Positions 18,857 to 29,675 are shown, counted from the first letter of the stretch. The stretch is 64,000 nucleotides of DNA from Candidatus Acidiferrales bacterium (GCA_963738985.1 CAVTYP010000014.1:20907-84906), one strand, 5' to 3'. The notes: generated by a model not told the origin, from the letters alone. Translations and numbers: made by a program.

Positions 18857-20119
18857 ATGCAAATCGTAGACGATATAACGCCAGCGGATTTGAACGACGT
18901 GGGAACAGACGCTCGCTCCACGACAGATTCGCGTGCGGTCAGGCTTGCAACCATATCCAAACTGCTAATTCGCTGTTTGGCGGTACCCATGGGCTTGGCA
19001 AGCATGGCTGCTCTGGCGATCGAGGGCGCGCTTTCCATGGCTAGCTATGGTGCCGCCAAGCTTCTTGGACAAATTCGTCTGGTCCGCGGTGGTTACCAGT
19101 TTCTTTCCAAGACTTACGACCGATTCCTCGAACGGATCGGGCAACAAGTTCTGCGGGACCCCCGAGACATCCCGGCGCTACGAATCATGGTGTCCTTGAC
19201 GTTTACCGTGGTGCCAATTTTTTTGCTGCAGCTCTATTTAGGAAAGCCTCGACTTTTGCTGGTGATCGCTTTCTACCTTTCCTTGACCGGCCTGAAGTTC
19301 CAGAGATCGGTCAGGATGTTCAGCGCCAAACACCTGGAGGCGCACCACCCCCAAGGGTACTTTGCGGGCAAATACAATGCGGTTTTCGGCCGCTACGTTG
19401 AATTCTTTCTCGGATATTTCTACGGGGATCTTCCGGAGCTGGGTCGCACGGTTCATGTGCGGCTGCACCACAAAGAGAATGGCGGACTCGACGATAATGC
19501 CTCGACCATCCGTTACGATCGAACCAATCCTTTTCATTTCTTTCTGTATCTTTCGGACAACATTTGGACGACTCTGGGATTCGCGCCTTACGCGTATTTC
19601 AGGGCCAAAGGCGATGTAAAGAACCAGCGACGTATGCTGTGGGGAATTGTCCGGTACTTCATTTATTTCTCTGCGGTCTTTATTTACAATTGGCGTATTG
19701 GAGTCCTGTACCTGCTCGTTCCTCTCTTCACCATGAACTTCATCATGGCGATCACCTCATGGGTGCAGCACGCCTTCTGCGACCAGGAACATCCCGAGGA
19801 TTATTTTGTAAATACTGTGACCGTGTATGATGACGTGAACTTCATGAACGAAGGCTACCACCTCTGCCATCATCACCGGTCTGGCCTGCACTGGACGGAG
19901 ATGCCGGCGCATATGGAGCGGCTGCGCGACAAGATGCGGGAGTCCGGCTCGTTGGTCTTTCGCGACATGGATTTCATGGAGCTTTTCCTCGAGCTAACGC
20001 TACTGCGCAGAATGGATGTTCTGGCCGAGAAACTTGTCCCCTGGGAGCCGATGACCCACGAGCAGAGGCTGGCTTTGCTGATGAACCGGACCAAGCCAGC
20101 GGCAGCCGTTTCAACTTGA
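18857..20119 (+). CDS. membrane fatty-acid-desaturase-family di-iron enzyme
   Basis: Histidine boxes HLEAHH, HVRLHHKEN and HLCHHHRSGLH separated by hydrophobic segments. 420 aa. Confidence 0.7.
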   Translation: MQIVDDITPADLNDVGTDARSTTDSRAVRLATISKLLIRCLAVPMGLASMAALAIEGALSMASYGAAKLLGQIRLVRGGYQFLSKTYDRFLERIGQQVLRDPRDIPALRIMVSLTFTVVPIFLLQLYLGKPRLLLVIAFYLSLTGLKFQRSVRMFSAKHLEAHHPQGYFAGKYNAVFGRYVEFFLGYFYGDLPELGRTVHVRLHHKENGGLDDNASTIRYDRTNPFHFFLYLSDNIWTTLGFAPYAYFRAKGDVKNQRRMLWGIVRYFIYFSAVFIYNWRIGVLYLLVPLFTMNFIMAITSWVQHAFCDQEHPEDYFVNTVTVYDDVNFMNEGYHLCHHHRSGLHWTEMPAHMERLRDKMRESGSLVFRDMDFMELFLELTLLRRMDVLAEKLVPWEPMTHEQRLALLMNRTKPAAAVST

Positions 20120-20248
20120 GGCTTGCGCGGGAACGCCTCTGAATGTGATAGCCGACCCGACTACGCTATACTCAAAACATCAGGTGAAACGCGCAAACTA
20201 GGGAAGGGCGTGCTCCCGCATTCTCCCAAACCGGCGCGGACCAAGCCG

Positions 20249-21067
20249 ATGACCCATACTCCATTTATCTACCTCACGGTCTTAGCCTACCTGGCCAGCA
20301 TGGGCCTGTACCTGCGCTTTTTGGCGAAGGGCAAGGAACTGACTGGACGGCTGGCTACATTATTGATGTTCCTGGCTTTAGGCCTGCACTATGTGGCGCT
20401 GCTGATGCGCGCTCGCGGCACCCACACCGTTCCGTACCACGATTTGCAGGGAGCCATGTCTCTGTTCGGCTGGCTGCTGGCGGTGACCTATCTTTGCCTT
20501 GAGATCTATCACCGGCAGCGCACCGTGGGAGCTTTTGTCATCCCGATTATTCTGGCGTTCTTTTTCGCCGCGAATGCGATACCAGGCCATCCAACTGCGC
20601 CTGCACCGGCGCATGGCGTTATTTTTGCTCTGCACGTGACTTTGAGTATTCTCGGCTATGCCGCATTCGCGTTGGCATGCGTGTTGAGCCTGATGTACCT
20701 GGGAGAAGAGCGTCTGCTGCGCATTCGGCGGCTCGGGGAAGCGGTGTGGCGGTTGCCGTCCCTGGAATTACTGGAGCGGATGAGTCATACCAGCGTGCTA
20801 GTCGGGCTGGCGGCTATTACGATTGGGACGGGGCTAGGCTTTCTGGCTGTGGACCGCCACCTGGCGGATCATTCTTCCTATCTGGATCCCAAGTACTTCT
20901 TCACGCTGTTCGTGCTGCTGCTATATGCCGTCTATTTTCGGTTGGCACGGACGGCAGCGTGGCGCGGGGCGCGAGCTTCTCGATTGTGTGTGTTTAATTT
21001 TGTGTTGGTAGTTTTGAATTTTGCGGTAGTGAACCTGTTTTTCTCGCAAAGCCACCGGTTTTTTTAG
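20249..21067 (+). CDS. CcsA/HemX-like cytochrome c assembly family membrane protein
   Basis: Start at ATG 20249 (MTHTPFIYLTVLAYL). About 8 hydrophobic segments. It sits immediately upstream of hemA, the neighbourhood of Bacillus hemX. The Trp-rich WWD motif is not visible and only ..YLDPKYFF remains. Confidence 0.6.
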   Translation: MTHTPFIYLTVLAYLASMGLYLRFLAKGKELTGRLATLLMFLALGLHYVALLMRARGTHTVPYHDLQGAMSLFGWLLAVTYLCLEIYHRQRTVGAFVIPIILAFFFAANAIPGHPTAPAPAHGVIFALHVTLSILGYAAFALACVLSLMYLGEERLLRIRRLGEAVWRLPSLELLERMSHTSVLVGLAAITIGTGLGFLAVDRHLADHSSYLDPKYFFTLFVLLLYAVYFRLARTAAWRGARASRLCVFNFVLVVLNFAVVNLFFSQSHRFF

Positions 21068-21084
21068 GAGCGCGCGACTCAAGC

Positions 21085-22362
21085 ATGGAAATTGTCCTCG
21101 TCGGCCTGAATTTTCGGACAGCACCGGTCGAGGTGCGTGAAAAGGTGTCTTTCTCCGTAGACCAGGCGCGCAAGGCTGGGGAAGAACTGCGCACGCAAGG
21201 GATCCTTGAGGAGACGCTGGTTCTTTCCACCTGCAATCGGACCGAAATTTACGGCGTTCATGCCAATGCCAATCGTGAATCCGCAGGCGCGCTCTCCACG
21301 TACATCAGCGGATTTCACTCCCTGCGGCCCGACGTCGTGAATCCGTCGCTCTATCACCATTACGATCACGATGCGGTGCGCCATCTATTCCGGGTTTCCG
21401 CGGGACTCGATTCGATGCTTCTTGGCGAAGCGGAAATATTGGGGCAGGTGCGAGAGGCGTATCTGCACGCGCATGAAAGCCACGTTACCGGCCCGGTATT
21501 AAACCGGCTGTTTCAGGCGGCGCTGGAAATTGGAAAGCGTGTGCGATCCGAAACGGAGCTTGGCACACGGCCCATGGGAGTAGCTTCCGCCGGTATGAAG
21601 CTCGCCGAGCGCATTTTCGGCAAGCTGAGCGACCGCAGCGCGTTGGTGCTGGGCGCCGGAACGATCAGCGAACAGGTCGTTTCGCAATTGCACGATCGCA
21701 AGATAAAGAATCTTTATCTTTCGAATCGCTCGCGCGACAAAGCCGAGGAATTTGCCCGCCAGTACGATGGCCAAGTGATGGAGTGGGGCGAGTGGGATAC
21801 GGCGCTGAAATTGCCGGACGTAATCGTGTCTGCCGTCGGGGTTCAGGAAACATTGCTGACTCGAGCGATGATCGAACGCGCCATGAGCGCTCGCGGCAAT
21901 CGCGCGCTGTTTCTAATGGATCTGGGACTTCCGCGCAACATCGAACCCAGTACCGCTGACCTTTACAACGTGTACCTGTATACCATGGATGATCTAACGG
22001 AAATCGTAAACCAGAACCGCAGCGCGCGGCAGACCGAAGTCCCTAAAGCCGAAGCGCTGGTGGAAGAACACGTCGGAAAATTCATTTCCTGGCAGGCCAG
22101 CGTGCAATTGATTGGTGTACTGGAAACGCTGCGCGGCAGTCTGAAACAGAGGCGCGCCGCATTTCTGCATGAGAAACTTTCCGGAATGAATCATTTCAGC
22201 GTGGAAGACCGCGAGCAAATTGGCAGCATGATGGATGAGTTGATCGAAAAGTTGCTGATCGCGCCGGCGGAGCGGTTGCGCTCTGAAAAAGAACATCGCA
22301 GAAAGATTCAAAACGTGGAAGCGCTGCGAGACCTGTACCTTTCGGACCGGGAGAAACCGTGA
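21085..22362 (+). CDS. hemA: glutamyl-tRNA reductase
   Basis: LVLSTCNRTEIY catalytic-Cys motif. NADPH fold VLGAGTISEQV. Confidence 0.9.
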   Translation: MEIVLVGLNFRTAPVEVREKVSFSVDQARKAGEELRTQGILEETLVLSTCNRTEIYGVHANANRESAGALSTYISGFHSLRPDVVNPSLYHHYDHDAVRHLFRVSAGLDSMLLGEAEILGQVREAYLHAHESHVTGPVLNRLFQAALEIGKRVRSETELGTRPMGVASAGMKLAERIFGKLSDRSALVLGAGTISEQVVSQLHDRKIKNLYLSNRSRDKAEEFARQYDGQVMEWGEWDTALKLPDVIVSAVGVQETLLTRAMIERAMSARGNRALFLMDLGLPRNIEPSTADLYNVYLYTMDDLTEIVNQNRSARQTEVPKAEALVEEHVGKFISWQASVQLIGVLETLRGSLKQRRAAFLHEKLSGMNHFSVEDREQIGSMMDELIEKLLIAPAERLRSEKEHRRKIQNVEALRDLYLSDREKP

Positions 22363-23285
22363 GGCCACTGCGCATTGGCAGTCGAGGCAGCATCCTGGCG
22401 CGCTGGCAGGCGGAATTCGTGCGCAAACAATTGTTCCAGATCACCGGTGTGGAAGCGGAAATTATCATTGTCAAGACCTCTGGCGACAAGATGCAGCAAG
22501 CTCCGCTGACGCAGATTGGCGGCAAAGGAATTTTCATCAAAGAACTGGAAGAAGCGCTACTGGCGGAGAGTGTGGACCTGGCCGTTCACAGCGTGAAAGA
22601 TATTCCGACCGAAACGCCAGGGAGGCTGTTCTTTCCCGCTGTATGCCGCCGCGACGACGTGCGCGATTGCCTGATTTCGCACCGTGGCGAAACGCTCTTG
22701 AATTTGAAGCAAGGCGCGCGTGTGGGCACCAGCAGCCTTCGGCGCCAGGCGCAATTGCGGCATTTCCGTCCCGACCTGGATATTCGCGAGTTGCGCGGGA
22801 ATGTGGATACGCGGTTGCGCAAAGTGGAAGGCGGCGAGTACGACGCCATTGTGCTTTCCAAAGCTGGATTGGACCGTTTGGGTTGGAGTCAGAAAATTAC
22901 CGAACCTCTTTCTACCGACGTTTCACTTCCCGCCGTGGGGCAAGGCGCAATCGCCATTGAATCGCGCACCAAGGACACGGAAGCTGCGGAGATTTTGGGG
23001 ACGCTGGACGATGAGGAAACGCGCACGGCCATAATCTCGGAACGTGCGTTGCTCTCAAAATTGCAAGGTGGCTGTCAGGTGCCCTTGGGCGCGTGGGCGC
23101 GGCTGGAGCGCGGTGAATTGGTGATGGAAGCTGTGGTGTGTTCTGTGGACGGCGTGCAATACATTCGCCAACGAGCTACGGCTCCGCCGGACCAAGCGGC
23201 GCAACTGGGCGAGCACATGGCGCAACTACTCGCGGATGGTGGCGCGCGGAATATTCTGGAAGAGGTGCAGCGTTCTCGTGGCTGA
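22359..23285 (+). CDS. hemC: hydroxymethylbilane synthase (porphobilinogen deaminase)
   Basis: LRIGSRGSILARWQAEFV and GNVDTRLRK motifs. 4-nt overlap with hemA. Confidence 0.9.
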   Translation: MRPLRIGSRGSILARWQAEFVRKQLFQITGVEAEIIIVKTSGDKMQQAPLTQIGGKGIFIKELEEALLAESVDLAVHSVKDIPTETPGRLFFPAVCRRDDVRDCLISHRGETLLNLKQGARVGTSSLRRQAQLRHFRPDLDIRELRGNVDTRLRKVEGGEYDAIVLSKAGLDRLGWSQKITEPLSTDVSLPAVGQGAIAIESRTKDTEAAEILGTLDDEETRTAIISERALLSKLQGGCQVPLGAWARLERGELVMEAVVCSVDGVQYIRQRATAPPDQAAQLGEHMAQLLADGGARNILEEVQRSRG

Positions 23286-24105
23286 AGCAGCTGCCAAAGC
23301 GTTGGCAGGGAAGCGTGTCGTGGTGACGCGAGCGGCGGAGCAGAGCGAATCGCTGTTGATGGCATTGCGGGAACAGCAGGCGATTCCGATTGCATTACCG
23401 CTTGTGGCATTCGCGCCACCGGAGGATTTGCGGCCATTGGACGATACCATTCGGAATCTTGGAAGATACGACTGGTTGTTTCTGACCAGCCAGAACGCCC
23501 TGCGCGCTTTGCAAGAGAGAAGCGATTTCCTGGGATTGCAGTTGGCAAAAATACTGGTTGACGTTAGCGTCGCCGCCGTCGGCCCGGCAACCGCCGAATC
23601 CGCGCGGAATGCCGGACTCCAGGTCGCTTACGTTGCCACAAGGCATCAGGGTGTAGCGCTCGCAGAAGAGCTGGCGGCGCAGGTAAAGGGAAAGCGGGTG
23701 CTGCTGCCGCGAAGTGATCGAGCCAGCCGCGATATTGTGGACACGTTGAATCACCTAGGCGCGTTTGTGTCCGAAGTGACCGCATACACCACCGTGGCCA
23801 CATCAGAGCAGGAAACGCGCACCCACGAGGCTGTGCTGAAAGAAGGGGCTGATGCCGTGCTGTTTTTCAGTCCATCCGCGGTGCACCACTTTTTCGATCT
23901 GCTGGGCCGCGCGCGTTTTTTGACGTTGTCCCAGGAAGCGGCGTTCACAGCGATCGGACCCGTGACCAAGGGCGCGCTGCGCGAGGCGGGCGCGACGCGA
24001 ATCGTTGTTGCTCGAGACACTACAGTCGCTGCAATCCTTGCGGCCCTGTCGGAGTTTTTCGCCAAGCTACAGCAGAGCTTGCCTGCAGGAGTGAAACCAG
24101 AATGA
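23278..24105 (+). CDS. hemD: uroporphyrinogen-III synthase
   Basis: Position between hemC and hem[17 protein letters not shown] start of a HEM4-type fold. The start is assigned to GTG 23278, overlapping the hemC stop, and is uncertain (the ORF is open from 23236). Confidence 0.7.
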   Translation: MAEAAAKALAGKRVVVTRAAEQSESLLMALREQQAIPIALPLVAFAPPEDLRPLDDTIRNLGRYDWLFLTSQNALRALQERSDFLGLQLAKILVDVSVAAVGPATAESARNAGLQVAYVATRHQGVALAEELAAQVKGKRVLLPRSDRASRDIVDTLNHLGAFVSEVTAYTTVATSEQETRTHEAVLKEGADAVLFFSPSAVHHFFDLLGRARFLTLSQEAAFTAIGPVTKGALREAGATRIVVARDTTVAAILAALSEFFAKLQQSLPAGVKPE

Positions 24106-25076
24106 GCTTTCCCATCGATCGTCCCAGACGTCTGCGCCGCAGCGAGGCATTACGAGGGCTGGTGCGAGAGACGCGCCTCAGCACCGCAGGGTTCATTTAC
24201 CCCATGTTTGCCTGCCCGGGAACCAAGGTACGCAAGGAAGTCAGTTCCATGCCCGGCATTTGCCAGCAATCCGCCGATCAGATCGTGGAAGAGTGCCGGG
24301 AAGTTGAGGTGCTCGGAATTCCCGGCGTCATTCTGTTTGGATTGCCGGAGAAGAAAGATGCGCGCGGCGCCAGTTCGCTTGCAGCGGATGGCGTTGTGCA
24401 AAAGGCGATTGAGGCTATCCGCAAGGCGAAATTGAATCTGCTGGTGATTACCGACGTGTGCCTCTGTGAGTATACGGACCACGGCCACTGTGGCGTGATT
24501 GAAAACGGAGAAATTGCCAACGACCCAACGCTGGACATCCTGGCGGAGCAAGCGCTCTCCCACGTGCGTGCCGGCGCCGACGTGGTTGCTCCGTCGGACA
24601 TGATGGACGGACGAGTCGGCGCCATCCGGGCAAAACTTGATGCACACAAATTTGAAAATATCCCGATTATTTCCTACGCAGCGAAATACTGTTCGGGATT
24701 TTACGGACCGTTCCGCGAGGCGGCAGAATCGGCGCCGAAATTTGGTGATCGCCGCAGCTATCAGATGGACCCGGGAAATTCGCGCGAAGCGATGAAGGAA
24801 GTGGGGTTGGATCTGGAGGAAGGCGCGGACGTGATTATGGTCAAGCCGGCGCTGCCTTACCTGGATATTATTCGCGGTGTGCGCGATCGTTTTGATGTGC
24901 CGGTGGCGGCCTACAATGTCAGTGGCGAATACTCGATGGTGAAAGCCGCGGCGCAAAACAACTGGATTGAGGAAAAGCGGGTAGTGCTGGAAATTTTGAC
25001 GGGGATTCAGCGGGCCGGGGCGCAGATTATCCTGACGTATCACGCCAAGGATGCCGCTCGCTGGCTGAAGCCTTGA
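24102..25076 (+). CDS. hemB: porphobilinogen synthase (ALA dehydratase), Zn-type
   Basis: [12 protein letters not shown]. Cys-rich metal site [14 protein letters not shown]. Schiff-base Lys region [13 protein letters not shown]. Confidence 0.9.
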   Translation: MSFPIDRPRRLRRSEALRGLVRETRLSTAGFIYPMFACPGTKVRKEVSSMPGICQQSADQIVEECREVEVLGIPGVILFGLPEKKDARGASSLAADGVVQKAIEAIRKAKLNLLVITDVCLCEYTDHGHCGVIENGEIANDPTLDILAEQALSHVRAGADVVAPSDMMDGRVGAIRAKLDAHKFENIPIISYAAKYCSGFYGPFREAAESAPKFGDRRSYQMDPGNSREAMKEVGLDLEEGADVIMVKPALPYLDIIRGVRDRFDVPVAAYNVSGEYSMVKAAAQNNWIEEKRVVLEILTGIQRAGAQIILTYHAKDAARWLKP

Positions 25077-25092
25077 AGGGACAGGTGGCGAA

Positions 25093-26421
25093 ATGAGCGC
25101 GACACATACGCAAGTCAAGCCCGAGCGACGCCGCTCGCGGGAGATTTTTGAGCGAGCAGAAAAAGTGCTCGTTGGCGGCGTCAACAGCCCGGTGCGCGCG
25201 TTTCGTTCCGTTGGCGGCGAACCACTAATCATCGAAAAGGGAAGTGGCCAGAATCTTTACGACGCAGACGGCAACGTTTTGCTGGACTACGTCTGTTCGT
25301 GGGGAGCGATGCTTTTGGGCCACGCTCATCCAGCGGTCAGCGCCGCAATTGCCGATCAAGCGCAGCGCGGCACCAGCTTCGGCGTGACCACGGAACTGGA
25401 AGTGGAACTTGCCACGCTGATCACCAAAGCGGTCCCCTTTTTGGAAAAAGTTCGCTTCGTTTCCAGCGGCACGGAAGCCACCATGAGCGCGGTACGCCTG
25501 GCGCGCGGCGTAACCAAGCGAGATTTCATCCTGAAGTTTGAGGGCTGCTACCACGGCCACGCGGACAGCTTTCTCTCGCAAGCGGGCTCGGGATTGGCCA
25601 CGCTGGGAATTGCGGAGTGCCCAGGCGTTCCCGCGGCGTTGGCGGCGCTGACTCTGAACGTTCCGTACAACGATCTGGCGGCGGTCGAGCGAGTCTTCGC
25701 CGAGCATAAAGGGCAGATTGCGTGTGTAATTGTCGAGCCAGTGGCGGCGAACATGGGAGTGGTTCTGCCGAAAGAAGGATTTCTCGAGGGTTTGCGAGAA
25801 ATCACACGGAAGCACTCGGCATTATTGATTATTGACGAGGTCATTACAGGATTTCGTCTGCGCAACGGTTCTGCGCAGGAATTGCTCGGCGTTCGCGGCG
25901 ACCTGACGACCATGGGGAAAATCATTGGCGGTGGGCTGCCCGTAGCGGCCTATGGAGGCAGCGCCGAATTGATGAACAATGTGGCGCCGTCGGGGCCCGT
26001 CTACCAAGCGGGCACGCTGGCCGGGAATCCTTTGGCCATGCGCGCCGGCATCGCCACGCTGAAGGAATTGAGCAAGCCCGGGCTTTATGAAGGCATTCAC
26101 GAACTGGCTGCCCGGCTGACATCCGGCTTGGAAGATGTGCTAAGCCGTGCCGGCTTTCGCGCGCAGGTGAACAAGATCGGCTCGCTTTCCACGATATTTT
26201 TTGCGCCACAGTCGGTGGCAAATTACAGCGATGCCAAGCGGTCAGACACTAAACTATACGCGCGCTTTTTCCGCGAGATGTTGCAACGCGGCATTCTTCT
26301 GGCGCCGTCGCAGTTCGAGGCCGCTTTCGTATCCGCAGCCCACACGCCTGCAGACATCGAGCGCACCATCAAAGCAGCCGCCGAAGCGCTGCAAACAATT
26401 TCCGCACAACCATCTGTCTGA
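25093..26421 (+). CDS. hemL: glutamate-1-semialdehyde 2,1-aminomutase
   Basis: GGVNSPVRAF and the PLP-Lys region TTMGKIIGGGLPVAAYGG. Confidence 0.9.
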   Translation: MSATHTQVKPERRRSREIFERAEKVLVGGVNSPVRAFRSVGGEPLIIEKGSGQNLYDADGNVLLDYVCSWGAMLLGHAHPAVSAAIADQAQRGTSFGVTTELEVELATLITKAVPFLEKVRFVSSGTEATMSAVRLARGVTKRDFILKFEGCYHGHADSFLSQAGSGLATLGIAECPGVPAALAALTLNVPYNDLAAVERVFAEHKGQIACVIVEPVAANMGVVLPKEGFLEGLREITRKHSALLIIDEVITGFRLRNGSAQELLGVRGDLTTMGKIIGGGLPVAAYGGSAELMNNVAPSGPVYQAGTLAGNPLAMRAGIATLKELSKPGLYEGIHELAARLTSGLEDVLSRAGFRAQVNKIGSLSTIFFAPQSVANYSDAKRSDTKLYARFFREMLQRGILLAPSQFEAAFVSAAHTPADIERTIKAAAEALQTISAQPSV

Positions 26422-26445
26422 ACTCACGAAAAGGAAGACTACTCG

Positions 26446-26985
26446 ATGCACGAAGTGCTGGAAGGTCTGGAAGAGCATGGAGGACACGGCGAGAATCCAC
26501 TGATGTTGCCAGTGACGGTGACGCTATCCATCCTCGCGGTATTGGTCGCAATGGTCACGCTTCTCGGTCACCGAGCGCACACCGAGGAACTATTGCTGCA
26601 AGCGAAGGCCAGCGATCAGTGGGCGTACTTCCAGGCAAAAAACATCCGGCTTCGCGAGACACAGAGCATTGCGGACGTTCTGGGTGCGCTGGCGCCCGCG
26701 GATAAGGAAAAGACCGACGCACTGCACGAAAAGTATTTGAAGGAAGTGGAGCGCTACGAAAAAGACAAAGATCAAATCAGCGACCAAGCCAAGGACTTTG
26801 AGAAGGAAAGAGACTTAGTGCAGCGTCGCGCGGATCGCTATGACGCTGGAGAAGTGTTCCTGGAGATCGCCCTGATTATCTGTTCCTTCACGCTGCTGAC
26901 CAAAAAGAAGGGCTTCTGGTTTGCCGGAATGTTGCTAGGCGTCGCGGGCTTGATCATCGCAACCAGCGGCTTCTTGCTCCACTGA
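26446..26985 (+). CDS. DUF4337-like membrane protein
   Basis: The layout fits my recollection of DUF4337: one TM (LPVTVTLSILAVLVAMVTLL), ASDQWAYFQAKNIR, a coiled middle and two C-terminal TM segments. Confidence 0.55.
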   Translation: MHEVLEGLEEHGGHGENPLMLPVTVTLSILAVLVAMVTLLGHRAHTEELLLQAKASDQWAYFQAKNIRLRETQSIADVLGALAPADKEKTDALHEKYLKEVERYEKDKDQISDQAKDFEKERDLVQRRADRYDAGEVFLEIALIICSFTLLTKKKGFWFAGMLLGVAGLIIATSGFLLH

Positions 26986-27238
26986 CGATAAGAAGGAACT
27001 CTCTCGACTTCAACAGACAAGCAGTGGGCAAGGAAGTACCTGCCCCACAGGCCAGTCACGCATTGGAACATCCTGTGACGGCAATCATTTACGGAATCAT
27101 TTGTTTTATCTAATGTAGATGAAAGCCGTAGTGTTGCAGTCGTAAGATGACTTGCACTTTAAGCCCTCCTCTGGAGGCATTCAAAATCTTCGCCGGCAGG
27201 AGCCCCTCTGCCTCGTCGGCACGCGAAGCGACAAGCTC

Positions 27239-29650
27239 ATGGCCCAGAGAATGGTGAGTGAGCCCGGGATTCAGCTGGGGACTCAACAACTTACAACCCT
27301 GCTCGACTCCACTCGTGAATTGATCGCGATTCTCGGGCAGGACGGCACAGTTCAGTTCGTTAATTCCACATTCCAAAGCGTGCTTGGCTACCGCACCGAA
27401 GAGTTGCTGGGCCGCAGCCTGTTCGCAATCGCCCACGCCTTGGACGTTCAGCAACTGCGCGACCGGCTGAAGCAGGTGACGGAGCAACAAGGCTCTTCGC
27501 TGACGGCCAGGTGCCGCGTCCGCGCAAAAGACGGAACGTGGCGCTGGCTTGATGTCACCTATCGCGATCGCCTGAAAGAGCCCGGTCTGGAAGGCATTCA
27601 ACTGAACGCGTTGGAAGTGACGCACCTGAACCGTATGGAGTCCGAGCGGCAGGTGATTGCGGAGATCGTGCACGCGTTGAACGAGACGTCGGACCTGGAT
27701 CAGTTACTCACGCGGATTCACGCAGCTTTGAAACGAGTAGTCTCGGCCGAGAATTGCTTCGTGGCTTTGCACGTTCCGGAAGAGGACACCTTTCAATTTC
27801 CGTTTTTCGTCGACGAGTACGATGCCGCGCCACCTCCGCAGAAGGTGGGTCGCAGCTGCACCGCTTATGTCTTCCGAACGGGTCGCGCGAAACTGATTCC
27901 ACAATCCGAATTTGACAGTTTGGCGGAATCCGGTGAAGTGGAATTGGTTGGTTCGCCCTCGCCTGCCTGGCTGGGAGTGCCGTTGAAGACTCCCACCGCA
28001 ACGATTGGCGTCCTGGTGGTTCAACACTATCGCAACGAAAATGCCTTCGACGGGCGCGACCTGGAATTCCTTGACTCCGTCGGCGGGCATATCGCCTTGG
28101 CTATTGAGCGCCGCCGCGGTGAGGTCGAACTTCGCCGCAGTGAGTCGATCCTTCGGCTGCTGTTTGAACACAACCCGCTGCCAACTTGGCTGCATGAAAT
28201 CGACAGCATGAAGTTTTTGCGCGTCAATGAAGCGGCGGCCCGCCTGTATGGCTACTCGCAAGAAGAATTTGAGTCCATGAGCATTCTGCAGATCCGGCCT
28301 TCTTCGGAACAGGAAAAAGCTCGCAGCTTCATCAAGGAACTAACATCCAACACCGAAGAACACGGCATCTGGCTGCATCAGGCACGTGACGGGCGGCAGT
28401 TTGAGGTCGAAATTATTTCCCACGAATTGCTTTATGCCGGGAAACGCGTGCGCCTAGTGGTGGGCCAGGACATCAGCGAGCGTCGACAATTGGAAGGGCA
28501 GCTGCGCCAGGCAACGAAGATGGAAGCTGTGGGGCGTCTGGCCGGTGGAGTTGCGCACGACTTCAACAATATGCTGATGGTCATCAAGGGGCACACCGAG
28601 TTGCTGTTAAACGTGCTGTCTCCCTCGGATCACATCACGAGAAAAATTCAGCAGATTGACCGCGCTGCCGATCGCGCCGCCACGCTCACCCGGCAACTGC
28701 TGGCGTTCAGCCGCATGCAAGTGTTGCAGCCACAAGTGATCAATCTGAATTCGGTTGTTGAAGAGATGGGGAAACTCCTGCCGCGCTTGATTGGTGAGGA
28801 CATCGAGTTGGTCATGCGCCCGCACACGAACCTGGGCTCCATCCGCGCCGATGCCGGCCAGATGGAACAGGTGATCATGAATTTGGCGGTGAACGCGCGC
28901 GACGCGATGCCCAATGGAGGCAAGCTGCTGATTGAGACCTGCAATTCCGATCTCGAGCCGTCTTACACTTCTACCCATCCGCTCATGCAGCCGGGGTCCT
29001 ACGTGCAACTTTCTGTGAGCGACAATGGCACCGGCATGGATGCGGAAACGCAGACGCACATCTTCGAACCGTTTTTTACCACCAAAGAAAAAGGCAAGGG
29101 CACGGGCCTGGGCTTGGCAACGGTTTATGGCATTGTGAAGCAGAGCGGCGGATTCATTTGGGTGTACAGCGAATTGGGCAAGGGAACTACCTTCAAGATC
29201 TATTTGCCCTGTGTGGACCAAAAAGAAGAAGTTACTCCCGTGCAGAGGCAAGCCGCTGAAGTGCCCAGTGGCACCGAAACCGTGCTGCTCACCGAAGACG
29301 AACAAGATGTGCGCGAGATTGCCCGTCAGTTCCTGGAGTCCGGCGGCTACCGTGTGATCGAGGCGAAGGATGCCGCCGATGCCATCCGGATTGCCGCTGA
29401 CAAGAACGGCGATATCGACCTGCTAGTCACTGACATGGTTATGCCCGGACTGAGCGGGCCGGAACTTGCGCAGCGTCTGCAGCAAGAGCATCCGGGACTT
29501 AGCGTGCTTTTCATGTCGGGATATAGCGAGCACGCGGCAACTGAAATGGCCAATGCCGACCCCTCGGTGCGCCTGTTGACCAAGCCGTTCAGCCGCGCCG
29601 CCATCCTGCGGGCAGTGCGAGAGACTTTGCATAATCCTGCTCGCCCCTGA
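27239..29650 (+). CDS. hybrid sensor histidine kinase (PAS-GAF-PAS-HisKA-HATPase-REC)
   Basis: H-box [22 protein letters not shown] boxes [14 protein letters not shown] and [16 protein letters not shown]-terminal receiver [14 protein letters not shown]...LLTKPF. Confidence 0.85.
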   Translation: MAQRMVSEPGIQLGTQQLTTLLDSTRELIAILGQDGTVQFVNSTFQSVLGYRTEELLGRSLFAIAHALDVQQLRDRLKQVTEQQGSSLTARCRVRAKDGTWRWLDVTYRDRLKEPGLEGIQLNALEVTHLNRMESERQVIAEIVHALNETSDLDQLLTRIHAALKRVVSAENCFVALHVPEEDTFQFPFFVDEYDAAPPPQKVGRSCTAYVFRTGRAKLIPQSEFDSLAESGEVELVGSPSPAWLGVPLKTPTATIGVLVVQHYRNENAFDGRDLEFLDSVGGHIALAIERRRGEVELRRSESILRLLFEHNPLPTWLHEIDSMKFLRVNEAAARLYGYSQEEFESMSILQIRPSSEQEKARSFIKELTSNTEEHGIWLHQARDGRQFEVEIISHELLYAGKRVRLVVGQDISERRQLEGQLRQATKMEAVGRLAGGVAHDFNNMLMVIKGHTELLLNVLSPSDHITRKIQQIDRAADRAATLTRQLLAFSRMQVLQPQVINLNSVVEEMGKLLPRLIGEDIELVMRPHTNLGSIRADAGQMEQVIMNLAVNARDAMPNGGKLLIETCNSDLEPSYTSTHPLMQPGSYVQLSVSDNGTGMDAETQTHIFEPFFTTKEKGKGTGLGLATVYGIVKQSGGFIWVYSELGKGTTFKIYLPCVDQKEEVTPVQRQAAEVPSGTETVLLTEDEQDVREIARQFLESGGYRVIEAKDAADAIRIAADKNGDIDLLVTDMVMPGLSGPELAQRLQQEHPGLSVLFMSGYSEHAATEMANADPSVRLLTKPFSRAAILRAVRETLHNPARP

Positions 29651-29675
29651 ATCGATTCCTTCGGGCGCTTCCCGC

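Noticed and set aside
18857-20119. Apparently lower GC (about 48% in a 200-nt sample, versus about 57% in hemA), as a sign of horizontal transfer of the desaturase
   Set aside because: The NrfD-like membrane gene (62120-63325) looks similarly AT-rich. The bias is explained by Phe/Ile/Tyr/Leu-rich membrane-protein codons. No flanking repeats or mobility genes are present, and a proper sliding-window calculation would be needed.
20123-20248. Upstream extension of the HemX-like ORF; similarly 48936-49115 for the TonB_C ORF, 52043-52084 for cheR2 and 13089-13199 for the thioesterase
   Set aside because: The internal starts give sensible N-termini (TM segment, signal peptide) and have Shine-Dalgarno-like sequences. 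The extensions have no features.
24150-25232. 360-aa ORF antisense to hemB
   Set aside because: It lies entirely opposite a gene with unambiguous HemB motifs. Its product is Arg/His/Gly-rich and low-complexity, which is typical of shadow ORFs in GC-rich DNA.
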